This document shows positions 1-9,434 of a stretch of 64,000 bases of DNA, piece by piece (positions within the stretch are counted from its first letter, which is position 1; each line of letters begins with the position of its first letter). Source of the DNA: Candidatus Latescibacterota bacterium. GTDB lineage: Bacteria > Latescibacterota > UBA2968 > UBA8231. The notes below the pieces were generated by a model. The model searched no databases, was not told where the DNA came from, and saw only the letters and a list, made by a program, of their open reading frames with translations. The stretch is taken from the NCBI GenBank assembly GCA_965203175.1, contig OZ241867.1, positions 2,432,001-2,496,000 of the forward strand. Reading direction: 5' to 3'. A program made the translations under genes and the position numbers.

Positions 1-325
1 CCGCGTGACGCCGCCGGTCGCGTTGGGTCTTCTTGGCCAGCGCGCGCTGGAAGGATTCCTCTAAGTCAACCCCGGTCTGATTGGCGAGGCATATGAGGAC
101 GAAGAGCACGTCGGCCATCTCCATGCCGAGGTCGGCTTCCTCGCCATCCTTGAAGCTCTGTTCACCAAAAGTACGGGCCATGATCCGCGCTAGCTCGCCG
201 ACTTCCTCCATCAGCACGGCCGTATTGGTCAGCTCGGAGAAGTAGCGCACGCCGACCTCGGAGATCCACTCGTCCACCGCCTGCTGGCAGGCGCGAAGGG
301 TGTGCTCAGGCGCGGGTTGGCTCAT
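1..325 (-). CDS. MazG-like nucleotide pyrophosphohydrolase (YpjD-like), runs off window start
   Basis: Manual translation from ATG 325: MSQPAPEHTLRACQQAVDEWISEVGVRYFSELTNTAVLMEEVGELARIMARTFGEQSFK...EMADVLFVLICLANQTGVDL. EEVGE and E(M)AD are MazG motifs. Absent from the ORF track because there is no stop in the window. Confidence 0.9.
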   Translation of the reverse strand, partial: MSQPAPEHTLRACQQAVDEWISEVGVRYFSELTNTAVLMEEVGELARIMARTFGEQSFKDGEEADLGMEMADVLFVLICLANQTGVDLEESFQRALAKKTQRDRRRHA

Positions 326-1430
326 AGGTAACGGGTGCTAGGCCTTCCTGCTGGCGTTGGGCATTGACATCGTCCAAGTGCCAGGGCACGGCCGATCCAT
401 CGGTGCGAAAGCGCTTGTAGTAGCCGTCTTTGCAGCGGGAAATGGGCATCAGCGGAGCGGCAGGCCGCAGCTCCGCTAGGGCCACTCCACTGAGCGCCGT
501 GCCGCTGGCGAGATCAACGACCTCGATTTCTCCAGGGTCAATGGCCCCCAAGCCGCGGGCGTGGGCGAATTGCAGATAGGGGGTGGCCTGCGGGTCGAGG
601 CCCATCAGGTAGGTGGCGACTGCATCTACGTGTACCTCATTGACTCCGGCTACAGCCCAGCCGAGGGGGTAGTTGGCTCCTTCGTTGAACGCCGTGCCGT
701 CGCGGCCGACAAGGCCATCTACTACTGAAAGCCGCGGCATCCCCAGACCGCGCAGCGCGACCAATAGATCGCAGAGCTTGTGATAGAAGCGGTCTTCAAA
801 GAGACTGAGGCCGCTCTCGGTCAGCCGCCACAGTTCATCGGCGAATGGCTCGTCCACGGTTTGGACCACGCATAGGTGTCGCTCGGGCTTGGCTATGATG
901 CCCATTAGGTTTTTAATCGACAAGGTCGTGCAACCTAGGTTGTGGCACTTGGCGAGGGGGACGTTAAAAAAGAAGGCGCAATCGGTCACTTCCCGGTACA
1001 GGGGATAGCACTCGTACACCACGCCATCGGTGACCTCGACGACGCGGGAATCCTCGTCGGTGTTCATTTCTGCGAGCCGCACGCCCCGCTCTTCGGTCAT
1101 GGCGCGATAGCCGCACAGTGCCCAAGTGTGCCCGGCCGTGGGGTTTTCTCCAGACTGGCCGTCGGCAACCACTAGGCGCTCGGCGGGTACGCCGCGGTCG
1201 CTCAGGGCGTCGAGCAGGCCGCCGACAAACCCGGGGTGGGTGATGACGCGCTTTTCCGGTGGATAGAGCACGGTGGCGTTGGGCTTGAGCAAGATGGTGC
1301 CTGCGGCAGGTAGCGGCATCTCGAGGGCGGCGAGAGTGCGATGGGCCAACTCTCGGTAGGTTGCAAAGGGAGCGTCGGCGCGGTCGATGGGCGAGCGCGC
1401 TAAATACACGGCGTCGGGTTGTACGATCAT
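306..1430 (-). CDS. DUF362 domain protein
   Basis: ILLKPN, THP, K-C-H...TLSIKNLMG and VVDGLVG motifs of DUF362. Likely start MIVQPD at 1430, downstream of the murA terminator. Confidence 0.8.
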   Translation of the reverse strand: MIVQPDAVYLARSPIDRADAPFATYRELAHRTLAALEMPLPAAGTILLKPNATVLYPPEKRVITHPGFVGGLLDALSDRGVPAERLVVADGQSGENPTAGHTWALCGYRAMTEERGVRLAEMNTDEDSRVVEVTDGVVYECYPLYREVTDCAFFFNVPLAKCHNLGCTTLSIKNLMGIIAKPERHLCVVQTVDEPFADELWRLTESGLSLFEDRFYHKLCDLLVALRGLGMPRLSVVDGLVGRDGTAFNEGANYPLGWAVAGVNEVHVDAVATYLMGLDPQATPYLQFAHARGLGAIDPGEIEVVDLASGTALSGVALAELRPAAPLMPISRCKDGYYKRFRTDGSAVPWHLDDVNAQRQQEGLAPVTYEPTRA

Positions 1431-1469
1431 GGTGGCTCTCCTGTATCTCCTGTAGAGTAATAGACAAGC

Positions 1470-1508
1470 AAAAAAAAGCGGCCGAGAGCCGCAAGCTCCC
1501 GACCGCTT
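1470..1508 (-). terminator. Rho-independent terminator of murA
   Basis: Minus-strand AAGCGGTCGGGAGC/GCTCTCGGCCGCTT stem followed by a T run. Confidence 0.75.
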
Positions 1509-1533
1509 ATTCGCGTTGGATGCGCAACGCGTC

Positions 1534-2805
1534 TCAGTATCTTTCGATGTCAGCGCCCAAGGCCCGCAGACGGCGCTCAATGTGGGCATGCCCTCGGTCG
1601 AGCTGGTAGAGGTTGCTGATCTCGGTGCAGCCCTCGGCCGCTAGACCGGCGAGCACGCAGGCGGCTCCGGCGCGAATGTCCATGGCCTTGACCTTGGCCC
1701 CTTTGAGCTGAGCTGGCCCGTGCACCAACACCAAGTGGTCCTTTTCCGGCGCAAGGCGAGCGCCGAAGGAGCGCAAGGCCTTGACGTGGCCGAGGCGATC
1801 TTCGAATACGGTCTCGCGGATGTAGCTGTCGCCTTTGGCCATGCACGCCAAGGCCGTCATCCCAGGCTGCAGGTCCGTTGGGAAGCCGGGGTAAAAGGTG
1901 GTCACTACGTTGATCGGCGACAAGGTTTCTGGCCCGCGCACCTGCATCCACGCCCCTTCTTTTATCATCTCGACGCCCATCTGCTGGAGCTTGGCTTCAA
2001 AGACGTACAGGTGATCGCGCACCACGCCCTTGAGGGCAATGTCGCCGCCAGTAATCGCGCCCGCCATCATCAGGAGGCCGGCGTCGAGGCGATCGTACAT
2101 GATCGTGTGCTCGGCACCTACTAACTCATCGACACCCTTGATATGCACCTGCCGCGTACCAACTCCTTCGACTTGGGCACCCATCTTTTGCAGGAGCGAT
2201 GCAAAATCGACGATCTCCGGGTCGGAGGCCGCGTTTTCGATTGCGGACTCGCCCTCTGCTAGGCAGGACGCCATAACGAGGTTTTCCACTCCGGTATGAC
2301 TGGGCAGATCGCAGTACATAAAGGCACCGGATAGCTGCTTGGCCACCACGTCGATGCCGCCGCCGTTGACGCCTTGGACCTCGGCCCCGAGCCGGGCAAA
2401 GCCGCGATAGTGATAGTCGGTCGGTCGCGAGCCAATCGTGCAGCCGCCGACCTCTTGGATCCAGGCGCGGCCAAAGCGAGCCAACAGCGGCCCGACAAAA
2501 AGCAGCGAGGCGCGGAAGCGATTGGTCAAATCCGCGGGAAGCTGGGTTTCTTTGACATCGCGGGTGTCTAGGACGGCCACTTCTTCGGTCGCATCGTAAT
2601 CGACGCGCGCGCCGAGCCGACGCAATACTTCGAGGGCCACCAATACGTCGTTGACCGGGGGTACCCGGTGCAAAACGGTTTGCCCTTCAGTGGCCAGCAG
2701 CGAAGCGGCCAACATGGGCAAAGCGGCGTTTTTGGACCCTTGGATCTCGACCTCACCTTGGAGAGGACGTCCGCCGCGCACGAAAAGAACTTCGGTAGAA
2801 CTCAT
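1534..2805 (-). CDS. murA: UDP-N-acetylglucosamine 1-carboxyvinyltransferase
   Basis: GSKNAALP, RAS, GGCTIGSRP (catalytic Cys loop), PGFPTDLQ, DIRAGA. Probable start MSSTEV at 2805. Confidence 0.95.
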   Translation of the reverse strand: MSSTEVLFVRGGRPLQGEVEIQGSKNAALPMLAASLLATEGQTVLHRVPPVNDVLVALEVLRRLGARVDYDATEEVAVLDTRDVKETQLPADLTNRFRASLLFVGPLLARFGRAWIQEVGGCTIGSRPTDYHYRGFARLGAEVQGVNGGGIDVVAKQLSGAFMYCDLPSHTGVENLVMASCLAEGESAIENAASDPEIVDFASLLQKMGAQVEGVGTRQVHIKGVDELVGAEHTIMYDRLDAGLLMMAGAITGGDIALKGVVRDHLYVFEAKLQQMGVEMIKEGAWMQVRGPETLSPINVVTTFYPGFPTDLQPGMTALACMAKGDSYIRETVFEDRLGHVKALRSFGARLAPEKDHLVLVHGPAQLKGAKVKAMDIRAGAACVLAGLAAEGCTEISNLYQLDRGHAHIERRLRALGADIERY

Positions 2806-2983
2806 TACTACTCCTGAAGTTAAGAGGACGGGCAAACACACCAAGGGGAGGGGGATAATCCAAATGTAACATTGGGTATTCGGTTCGTCAATCACCCAAT
2901 GTCCTGCTTGACAGAGAGGGGCGCGGCTCTATATTCCACCAAGGACAAAATTGTCTCTATCACGACAGAAAGGAATCCCAATC

Positions 2984-3253
2984 ATGGCTGAAAGCCCTCA
3001 TATCGTCGCCTATCTGAAGCCGGTTTGCGGCTGGAGCAATAGCGTGCGCATGACCTTCGCCAAATACGGCTTGGCATACGAAGACAAAGACATTATCAAC
3101 AATCCAGATATTTACGCTGAGATGGTGCAGAAAAGCGGCCAGCCCCTCTCGCCCTGCGTCGAGATCAACGGCCAGATGTTGGCCGATGTCGATGGCGATG
3201 AGGTCGAGGCTTGGATGCTTGAGAACGAAGTCGTCGAGCCAGTCTCGGCCTAA
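2984..3253 (+). CDS. Monothiol glutaredoxin-like protein
   Basis: KPVCGWS active-site motif, SGQPLSPCVEING; AAGGA SD before ATG 2984. Confidence 0.85.
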   Translation: MAESPHIVAYLKPVCGWSNSVRMTFAKYGLAYEDKDIINNPDIYAEMVQKSGQPLSPCVEINGQMLADVDGDEVEAWMLENEVVEPVSA

Positions 3254-3771
3254 GCGCGCATCCGGCTCAATACGCGCCGCATGCCCTCGCACAGGTTGGG
3301 CTGCTCGTGGTTGAGCGGCCCGCTCGCCGCTCGGCGAATCAGCGTCAACGCACCCCATAGCTGGCCGTCGCTGGCCTTGAGAGGCAACACGTAGCTAAAG
3401 CCGATAGACCCGCATTCAGCCCCCTCTAGGAGGAAGCGCACTATTCCTGCTGGCAGGGGGCTTTCTTCGTCGGCGCTGGCCTGCCCCACTAGCAACAACG
3501 CGGAGTGACCAACCCCGTCCTGATCGGCGAAGGGGCGCACGCCGTCTTGTTCCAGCACCCGTTGTAAAACCTCGGCTCCTGCGCCGGCCGTGTGAACTAC
3601 CCCTTGGCCGACGCGCTCGTATACGATGGTATCTGCCGCTTCAATGCCCAGCAGCAAGTCCATGCCTTGAATCACGGCTTCGTCTGGAGACATGGCTTCG
3701 AGCGATGTGACGATGTGGGGAGGAATTTTAGCGGGTTCGGGCATGTTGAACGGGATGATCGAGACGGGCAT
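3250..3771 (-). CDS. Hypothetical protein, GAF-like
   Basis: C-terminal YVLPLKASDGQLWGALTL pattern typical of GAF strands; start uncertain. Confidence 0.55.
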   Translation of the reverse strand: MPVSIIPFNMPEPAKIPPHIVTSLEAMSPDEAVIQGMDLLLGIEAADTIVYERVGQGVVHTAGAGAEVLQRVLEQDGVRPFADQDGVGHSALLLVGQASADEESPLPAGIVRFLLEGAECGSIGFSYVLPLKASDGQLWGALTLIRRAASGPLNHEQPNLCEGMRRVLSRMRA

Positions 3772-3780
3772 GGCGCATCC

Positions 3781-3808
3781 TTGACAATGCAAATGAGGGG
3801 GCTTTAAT
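3781..3808 (+). promoter_or_regulatory. sigma70-type promoter of tRNA-Phe
   Basis: TTGACA (3781-3786), 16-nt spacer, TTTAAT (3803-3808). Confidence 0.6.
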
Positions 3809-3826
3809 TTTAATCTTTCTTTTGGT

Positions 3827-3902
3827 GGCGCTTTAGCTCAGTAGGTAGAGCAGGAGACTGAAAATCTCTGTGTCCGCGGTTCGATTCCGCGAGGCGCCAC
3901 CA
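3827..3902 (+). tRNA. tRNA-Phe(GAA)
   Basis: 76-nt cloverleaf GGCGCTT...AGGCGCC-ACCA, anticodon loop CT-GAA-AA, GGTTCGATTCC T-arm, encoded CCA. Confidence 0.97.
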
Positions 3903-3916
3903 CTATTATAAACAAT

Positions 3917-3954
3917 AAACAGCCCCTTAGCTTGTACAAGCTAAGGGGCTGTTT
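3917..3954. terminator. Perfect 38-bp palindrome, probable bidirectional terminator
   Basis: AAACAGCCCCTTAGCTTGT|ACAAGCTAAGGGGCTGTTT between the convergent tRNA and FGE-fold gene. Confidence 0.8.
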
Positions 3955-3968
3955 GCATTTGTGCGGGT

Positions 3969-4886
3969 TCATCGGGCATTGTCCTCCGCTACCCTGCGCT
4001 TTACTTGTCCCCAGCTTGTGGACTGCACTGCCGTAGCGGGAAGCTCGCGCGCTGCGCAGCGAAATCCGACGATGATGTAGGTCACCGAAGGCGGCAGCCC
4101 GCCGCGGTCGGTGGCGCGCAGGCGATACGGATCGCTGCTCATTGACCCGCCGCGAAGCACTCGGCTGATTCCTGCGTCCGGTCCTTGCGGATCGCGCCCA
4201 GGACTTTGCGCGTAGTAATCCTCGCCGTACCAATCCACCACCCACTCCCAGACATTGCCCGCCATGTCGTAGGCCCCATAGGGAGAGATCCCGCGCTGGT
4301 AAGAGCCGACCGGGGCCGAGTCGAAAAAGCCGTCGCTGTCGTCGCCGCGGCAGCAGCCCTCCCTGCCGTAGTTGGCCCGGCTGCGGTCGATGGAATTGCC
4401 CCAGGGATAGATGCGGCCGTCGGTGCCGCGAGCGGCTTTTTCCCACATGGCCTCGGTCGGCAACTGCATGCCGGCCCAAGTGCAATAGGTACGGGCACCG
4501 TACCACGAGACCTCGGCGACTGGCCGCTGCTCGGTGCCGGGGATCGGCGCGTATCCCACGTCGTTGTAGAGAATCTGCGCGTCGGGATCTCGCAGATCGA
4601 ACAGCAGGTGCCCTTCCCCATCCGCGTTGCCGCCGATGTCATTCAAAAAGGCGGCGTATTGGTCGTTGTTTACTTCGAAACGGTCGATGTAGAAGTCGTC
4701 GAGATAGACTTGGTGGACCGGCTGCTCGTCCGCCCGTCCCTCGGCCGATCCCATTGTAAAATAATCGGCGGGGACGCGGGCCAACTCATGCATTGTGCCG
4801 GCCGGTGTCTGCACTTGGACTATCTCTTGGGCTAGAACACCCGGTGCCCATACCAAAAAGCACCAGAATGCACTGCTGCGCGCCAT
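3969..4886 (-). CDS. Secreted FGE-sulfatase (SUMF1-fold) domain protein
   Basis: Signal peptide; FTMGS, LPTEAMWEKAARG, YPWGN, GAYDMAGNVWEW, RGGS, GFRCA. Confidence 0.9.
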   Translation of the reverse strand: MARSSAFWCFLVWAPGVLAQEIVQVQTPAGTMHELARVPADYFTMGSAEGRADEQPVHQVYLDDFYIDRFEVNNDQYAAFLNDIGGNADGEGHLLFDLRDPDAQILYNDVGYAPIPGTEQRPVAEVSWYGARTYCTWAGMQLPTEAMWEKAARGTDGRIYPWGNSIDRSRANYGREGCCRGDDSDGFFDSAPVGSYQRGISPYGAYDMAGNVWEWVVDWYGEDYYAQSPGRDPQGPDAGISRVLRGGSMSSDPYRLRATDRGGLPPSVTYIIVGFRCAARELPATAVQSTSWGQVKRRVAEDNAR

Positions 4887-4948
4887 ACCTTCTCCGCTAC
4901 GTGGCCTTTTTCGCCGCGAGTTGTTGATTTACTTTCCTACATACATAA

Positions 4949-6244
4949 TTGCCATCCCCCGTTCCAGCAAAGAAGAAATTGGTCTCCACTCATCGCGAGG
5001 CGCTGTCGCTTTTTAACCGCGACGTGCGTCTGGTGCTCTTCAGCCAAGCTCTGATTGGCTTTACGATTTTCGGCGGCGTCTATACGGTCCTGCTCAATCT
5101 CTATCTCTTGCGCCTAGGCTATGGCCCCCAAATGATCGGCCAAGTCAACGCTGTTGGCGCGCTGTCGTTTGCCCTCTTGAGCATGCCCGCGGGGCTGTTG
5201 GCCAATCGCTGGGGGGCGCGTCGGAGCATGATTGTCGGCATGGTGGTCGCCGCTCTCGGTTTTGGCTTGTTGCCCCTCGGCGAGTTCGCTCCCACCGCCG
5301 CGCAGCTAACTTGGATCATGGGAGCGTATGCCCTCGGCGTCCTTGGCAATACGCTCTATATCGTCTGCTCGATTCCCTTCCTGACCCTGATCTGTCCGCC
5401 GCGCCTGCGCAATCACGTGTTCTCGACCCAGGTGGCGCTGTGGCCGCTGGCGGGTTTTGCCGGTAGTCTGTGCGGCGGCCTGCTGCCCGGCCTGTTCTCC
5501 GCGCTCCTCGGACTGCCCGAAGACCACCCGGCCCCCTATCGCTATCCGCTGCTGCTGGCTGCTGGCGTGCTGTTTATCAGCTCCGGTTCTATCGCCGCAA
5601 CACGCTCCCGTCCGCAGAAACCGCCCGCTAGGGAACGGGGTCAGGCGACGCCCTTTCCACTGGCCATTATCCTCGTCTTGAGCTTGGTCACCTTCCTGCA
5701 GATGGCCGCGGAAAACAGTCTCCGCATCTTTTTCAATGTGTACATGGATGACGGCCTCGGGACTTCTACGGCACTGATCGGCAGCCTAACCGCCGGAGGC
5801 CAGCTCTTAGCCGCCTGTACCGCGCTGGCCGCTCCTGCGCTCAGTCGGCGTTTTGGCCGGGTGCCGGTGATCACCGGAGGGGCTGGGGCGATGATGTTGT
5901 GCCTCATACCGATGGCCTTGGTCGCTCATTGGGCAGTGGCCGGAGCCGCCTGTATGGCCTTGGTTGCCCTCAGCTCGATCCGCCGCTCGGTCTATATCGT
6001 CTTTCAGCAGGAACTGGTCCCAGAGCACTGGCGGGTGACCATGAGTTCGGCGCTGACTATGGCCTACGGCATCAGCATTGCCGGCGTTTCGCTCGGCGGC
6101 GGCTGGATGATCGACGCGCTGGGGTATCGGGCGTTGTTTTTGTCCAGTGCCGTGATTACGGCCGCGGGCGTGCTATGCTTTCAGGGGTATTTCCGCATCC
6201 CGCGCGGCGAATACGCCAAACGGTTGACAGACGAGCGCGCATAG
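4949..6244 (+). CDS. MFS transporter
   Basis: About 12 hydrophobic segments; motif A GLLANRWGARR and LSRRFGR; start uncertain. Confidence 0.85.
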   Translation: MPSPVPAKKKLVSTHREALSLFNRDVRLVLFSQALIGFTIFGGVYTVLLNLYLLRLGYGPQMIGQVNAVGALSFALLSMPAGLLANRWGARRSMIVGMVVAALGFGLLPLGEFAPTAAQLTWIMGAYALGVLGNTLYIVCSIPFLTLICPPRLRNHVFSTQVALWPLAGFAGSLCGGLLPGLFSALLGLPEDHPAPYRYPLLLAAGVLFISSGSIAATRSRPQKPPARERGQATPFPLAIILVLSLVTFLQMAAENSLRIFFNVYMDDGLGTSTALIGSLTAGGQLLAACTALAAPALSRRFGRVPVITGGAGAMMLCLIPMALVAHWAVAGAACMALVALSSIRRSVYIVFQQELVPEHWRVTMSSALTMAYGISIAGVSLGGGWMIDALGYRALFLSSAVITAAGVLCFQGYFRIPRGEYAKRLTDERA

Positions 6245-6247
6245 GTA

Positions 6248-7582
6248 TTAAGCGCATTCAACGCACATTGCGTCGCAGCGTCGTCTCAGCCGTGCGAGCT
6301 GAGCTGAGAACTTGGGATCTGCTGTGAGATTGCAGGATTCGTGCGGGTCTTTGAGCAGGTCGTACAGCTCCTCATAGACGGGCTGTTGCTCGTAGTAGCG
6401 AATGTATTTCCAGCGCTGCGTGCGCACGCCTTCGCTCTTGGGGATGTCGGCGCGGTTGAATCGGTGCTCGCAGAAGAACGCCTTGCGCCATTCGGCTTTT
6501 TTGCCGCGCAATAAGGGGACGAGGGATTTTCCCTGCATTCCGTCCGCAGCGTCCAAACCGGCTAGTTCGAGGATGGTTGGCGCGACGTCGATGTTGAGCG
6601 CCATTTCTTCGCGCACGATCCCTCGCTTGCTCTCGTTAGCTCGCGGATCGAAGACGATCAAGGGAATGCGGATCGACTGTTCGTTTAACTGCCAGCAGTC
6701 GCTAAGCCCGCGATCGCCGTAGTACATCCCGTGGTCTGAGGCGAAGATCACGATTGTGTTGACGGCTAACGATAGCTGATCCAACGCCGTGAGAATTCTG
6801 CCGATGTTGCGATCGACGCCGCTGACCATTCTGTACAGTCCGCGCATGTTCCGCTGGTAGTCCGCAGGCGTTGCATAGCGGTCCCGCCAGCGCACTCGGC
6901 TTTCCGTCTCGCGCAGGAATTTCGGCAGCCGCCTGAAGAAGTCGGGATGGGCGTTGAGTGGCTCTGGTATCTTCGCATCCGCGTAGAGTGGATCTTCAGT
7001 AGCAGGCCAGATGTAGTGGCGCGGGTCGTCGTCCTGCGCGTGCGGCGCGTTGAAACTGACGGAGAGGCAAAACGGCTGACTAAGATGGGTGCGTAGGAAG
7101 TCGATTGTTTTGTCGCCGGTAATGTCGGTCAGGTGGCGCACGCGGCCGTCTGGCTGTCTGATTTCATACCCGTCTTCAGTCCAGTGTTCGTAGTTGTCGA
7201 ACGCGTCAAACATTTTTTCGAGCGCGCCTGCGTCTGCGAGGGAAGGGTCGATTCCTTTTGCGGCAATGCCGAACTTGCCGATCAGCCCCGTGCGGTATCC
7301 GGCCCTTTTGAGAGCCGCCGGGTAGGAGCTGTCGGTGAATGCGCGTTGGAGGGGCGGTGTGAGGAAGGTGAAGCGGTGGCGGCTTTCATAGACGCCGGTG
7401 AGATAGCTCGCCCGGCTGGCGGCGCAGATCGGGCTGGTGCAGAATGCGTTTGCGAAGCGGACGCCATTTGCGGCAAGCCGGTCGAGGTTCGGGGTTTGGA
7501 TGATTGGGTTGCCGGCGCAGCCGAGTAGGTCGTTGCGCTGGTTGTCGGTCAGGAGAAAGAGGATGTTCGGGACAGAGGCCAT
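6248..7582 (-). CDS. Sulfatase (S1, formylglycine-dependent)
   Basis: PNILFLLTDNQR, CAASRASYLTG signature, GYRTGLIGK, SDHG, ELYDL..DP.E. Confidence 0.92.
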   Translation of the reverse strand: MASVPNILFLLTDNQRNDLLGCAGNPIIQTPNLDRLAANGVRFANAFCTSPICAASRASYLTGVYESRHRFTFLTPPLQRAFTDSSYPAALKRAGYRTGLIGKFGIAAKGIDPSLADAGALEKMFDAFDNYEHWTEDGYEIRQPDGRVRHLTDITGDKTIDFLRTHLSQPFCLSVSFNAPHAQDDDPRHYIWPATEDPLYADAKIPEPLNAHPDFFRRLPKFLRETESRVRWRDRYATPADYQRNMRGLYRMVSGVDRNIGRILTALDQLSLAVNTIVIFASDHGMYYGDRGLSDCWQLNEQSIRIPLIVFDPRANESKRGIVREEMALNIDVAPTILELAGLDAADGMQGKSLVPLLRGKKAEWRKAFFCEHRFNRADIPKSEGVRTQRWKYIRYYEQQPVYEELYDLLKDPHESCNLTADPKFSAQLARLRRRCDAMCVECA

Positions 7583-7607
7583 GATGTTTGCTCTGTCGAG
7601 AATTAAA

Positions 7608-7659
7608 GGCGTCCCGCTCGCATGCGCGACCCTAAAGGCCCGTATGCGAGCGGGACGCC
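7608..7659 (-). terminator. Long hairpin, probable terminator after the anti-sigma gene
   Basis: GGCGTCCCGCTCGCATGCG...CGTATGCGAGCGGGACGCC. Confidence 0.6.
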
Positions 7660-7683
7660 CGCTATGGCGTCGGATATGAACGC

Positions 7684-9429
7684 TTACTTTGCGCCTTTGC
7701 CGTGCGGGCGCATCACCAACACCTCGTAGGTAATCGGCTCGGATACGCGCTCCATCTTCACCCCGAAGTGCTCGCGCAAATAATCGAGGGCCACATCCCA
7801 GCCGTCGGAGAAATCGACATCGATATCTACTGGACGCTCAAAGGGGTTGTCTGCTGCTGCATCGTCCCATTGCAGCTCGATTTCGTCGAGGTCTTGGTCG
7901 TAGCCTTCGACTAGGCCGTTAAGCGCGACGTTTTCGAGCAGATTCTGGATCGCAGACCCGAGCGTACATCCCGTACAGCGGTAGCGTTTGTCGCTGATCC
8001 ATATAGACCTCTCCGGCGGGGTCGTTGGAAACTCGGAGCCGTCTTGGGTAAAAATCCTACGCGTCCTAGTCCCCTGCCGCTCTTCCTCCTCAGCGACAAA
8101 GCCAAAGCGGCGGCCGAGGCGTTGGACTCGCTCGGTGGAAGTTAGGCTATGGCTGTAGGTAATCCGCACGGAGTAGCGCTGCTTGGCCATTTTTTCCTCT
8201 GGGGTCTCCATCGGCTCTTTCCAAAGGACCCGCATGATCTCCGATCTTACGCTTGGGATCGTCTGCTTGATACGGGGTTCCACCGGCATTTTTCCAAGGA
8301 CCCGCACGATCTCAGCCAGCGGTTTGCGGTGAAATTCGTGGCGCGTGATTGCGCCTTTTGTGGACGAAGCTTGGCCCTCAAATCCCTTACTATGGTGATC
8401 CGAAGGAGGATGAACGATGATATCCATGCCTCCCAAGGGCATGTAGATCGCCTGCCAAGGCACAAAGGGATCTAGGATTTGCTCAAACGGCAGGGCGGAC
8501 CGTACTGAGTCGGTGAAGGACGGAACTGCATCGTCGGCGACCATGAAAAGCTCGTCTGCCAGCGGGGCATCGTAATCCAGATAATTCAATTCACTGACTA
8601 GCTCCCAATCTTCTTGGCCCACATCCAGATAAACGCGAGCGTGGCTAGGCAAGCGCGTCTGGGCATCTACTTCGACTTCATACCGGATATCCGACGGGGT
8701 CTTAGTGCCCAGAGAGGAGCGCCGCCAGATCGAAAAAAGTACCGTCGCCCCTCGATCCTCACGCTCAAGCTGGTAGCTCCAAGACTCTAGTTGCTCGCTA
8801 TCGGGCAAGGCCAGTTGCTCGGCGACCTTATCTATAGACCACGCACTTTCCGCGCCCCTGTCTTCCCCATACCAGACACCGTCCATGTAAACCCGTATTT
8901 TCTCATTGTTCATCACGGCCTCGCGCCGCGTCGCGCCGCTGCTGACTGCAGAGCGGAAAAAGTGCGGTGCCCTGATCCACTGCTGTACTGGCACCTGCTC
9001 TCCCTTTTCTCCTCGGAACCAGCCCTCCACGCGTACGGAGTGAAGTTTACGCACCTCGGCGACCACCTCTGCCCACGCCGAAGTGTTCCCTTGCCAGAGT
9101 ACTCCCACCACCACCCCGGCCAGCACGGCGGCTAGTCCCGACAGGTATATCGGCCGCTGCAACCGCTGCCAGAATTCCGTGCGCTGACGCTTGTCCGCCT
9201 CCGAGTGGATCGCCTCCAGCGCGTTAGTACGTGCCGCCGCAAAAAGCGCGTCCGCCGGTTCGGCGGTGCCGATGTCAGCGCTCAGCGCTAGGACGGTTCG
9301 CACCGCCTCCAAATCGTCGGCTGCCTCTGGATGCTCGGTCAGATAGGTTTCGATCTGTCGCGCTTCCGCAGCCGATAGCTCGCCGCGCACGTAGTCGCTC
9401 AGTTTGCTTTCAAATTCGGCTCTGTCCAT
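7684..9429 (-). CDS. Membrane-anchored anti-sigma factor with large periplasmic region
   Basis: LSDYVRGELSAAEARQIETYL anti-sigma N-terminus, one TM helix, directly downstream of the ECF sigma gene. Confidence 0.8.
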   Translation of the reverse strand: MDRAEFESKLSDYVRGELSAAEARQIETYLTEHPEAADDLEAVRTVLALSADIGTAEPADALFAAARTNALEAIHSEADKRQRTEFWQRLQRPIYLSGLAAVLAGVVVGVLWQGNTSAWAEVVAEVRKLHSVRVEGWFRGEKGEQVPVQQWIRAPHFFRSAVSSGATRREAVMNNEKIRVYMDGVWYGEDRGAESAWSIDKVAEQLALPDSEQLESWSYQLEREDRGATVLFSIWRRSSLGTKTPSDIRYEVEVDAQTRLPSHARVYLDVGQEDWELVSELNYLDYDAPLADELFMVADDAVPSFTDSVRSALPFEQILDPFVPWQAIYMPLGGMDIIVHPPSDHHSKGFEGQASSTKGAITRHEFHRKPLAEIVRVLGKMPVEPRIKQTIPSVRSEIMRVLWKEPMETPEEKMAKQRYSVRITYSHSLTSTERVQRLGRRFGFVAEEEERQGTRTRRIFTQDGSEFPTTPPERSIWISDKRYRCTGCTLGSAIQNLLENVALNGLVEGYDQDLDEIELQWDDAAADNPFERPVDIDVDFSDGWDVALDYLREHFGVKMERVSEPITYEVLVMRPHGKGAK

Positions 9430-9434
9430 GGTGC

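Noticed and set aside
2984-3253. Selenoprotein candidate given selA
   Set aside because: The active site is CGWS with an ordinary Cys codon and there is no in-frame TGA.
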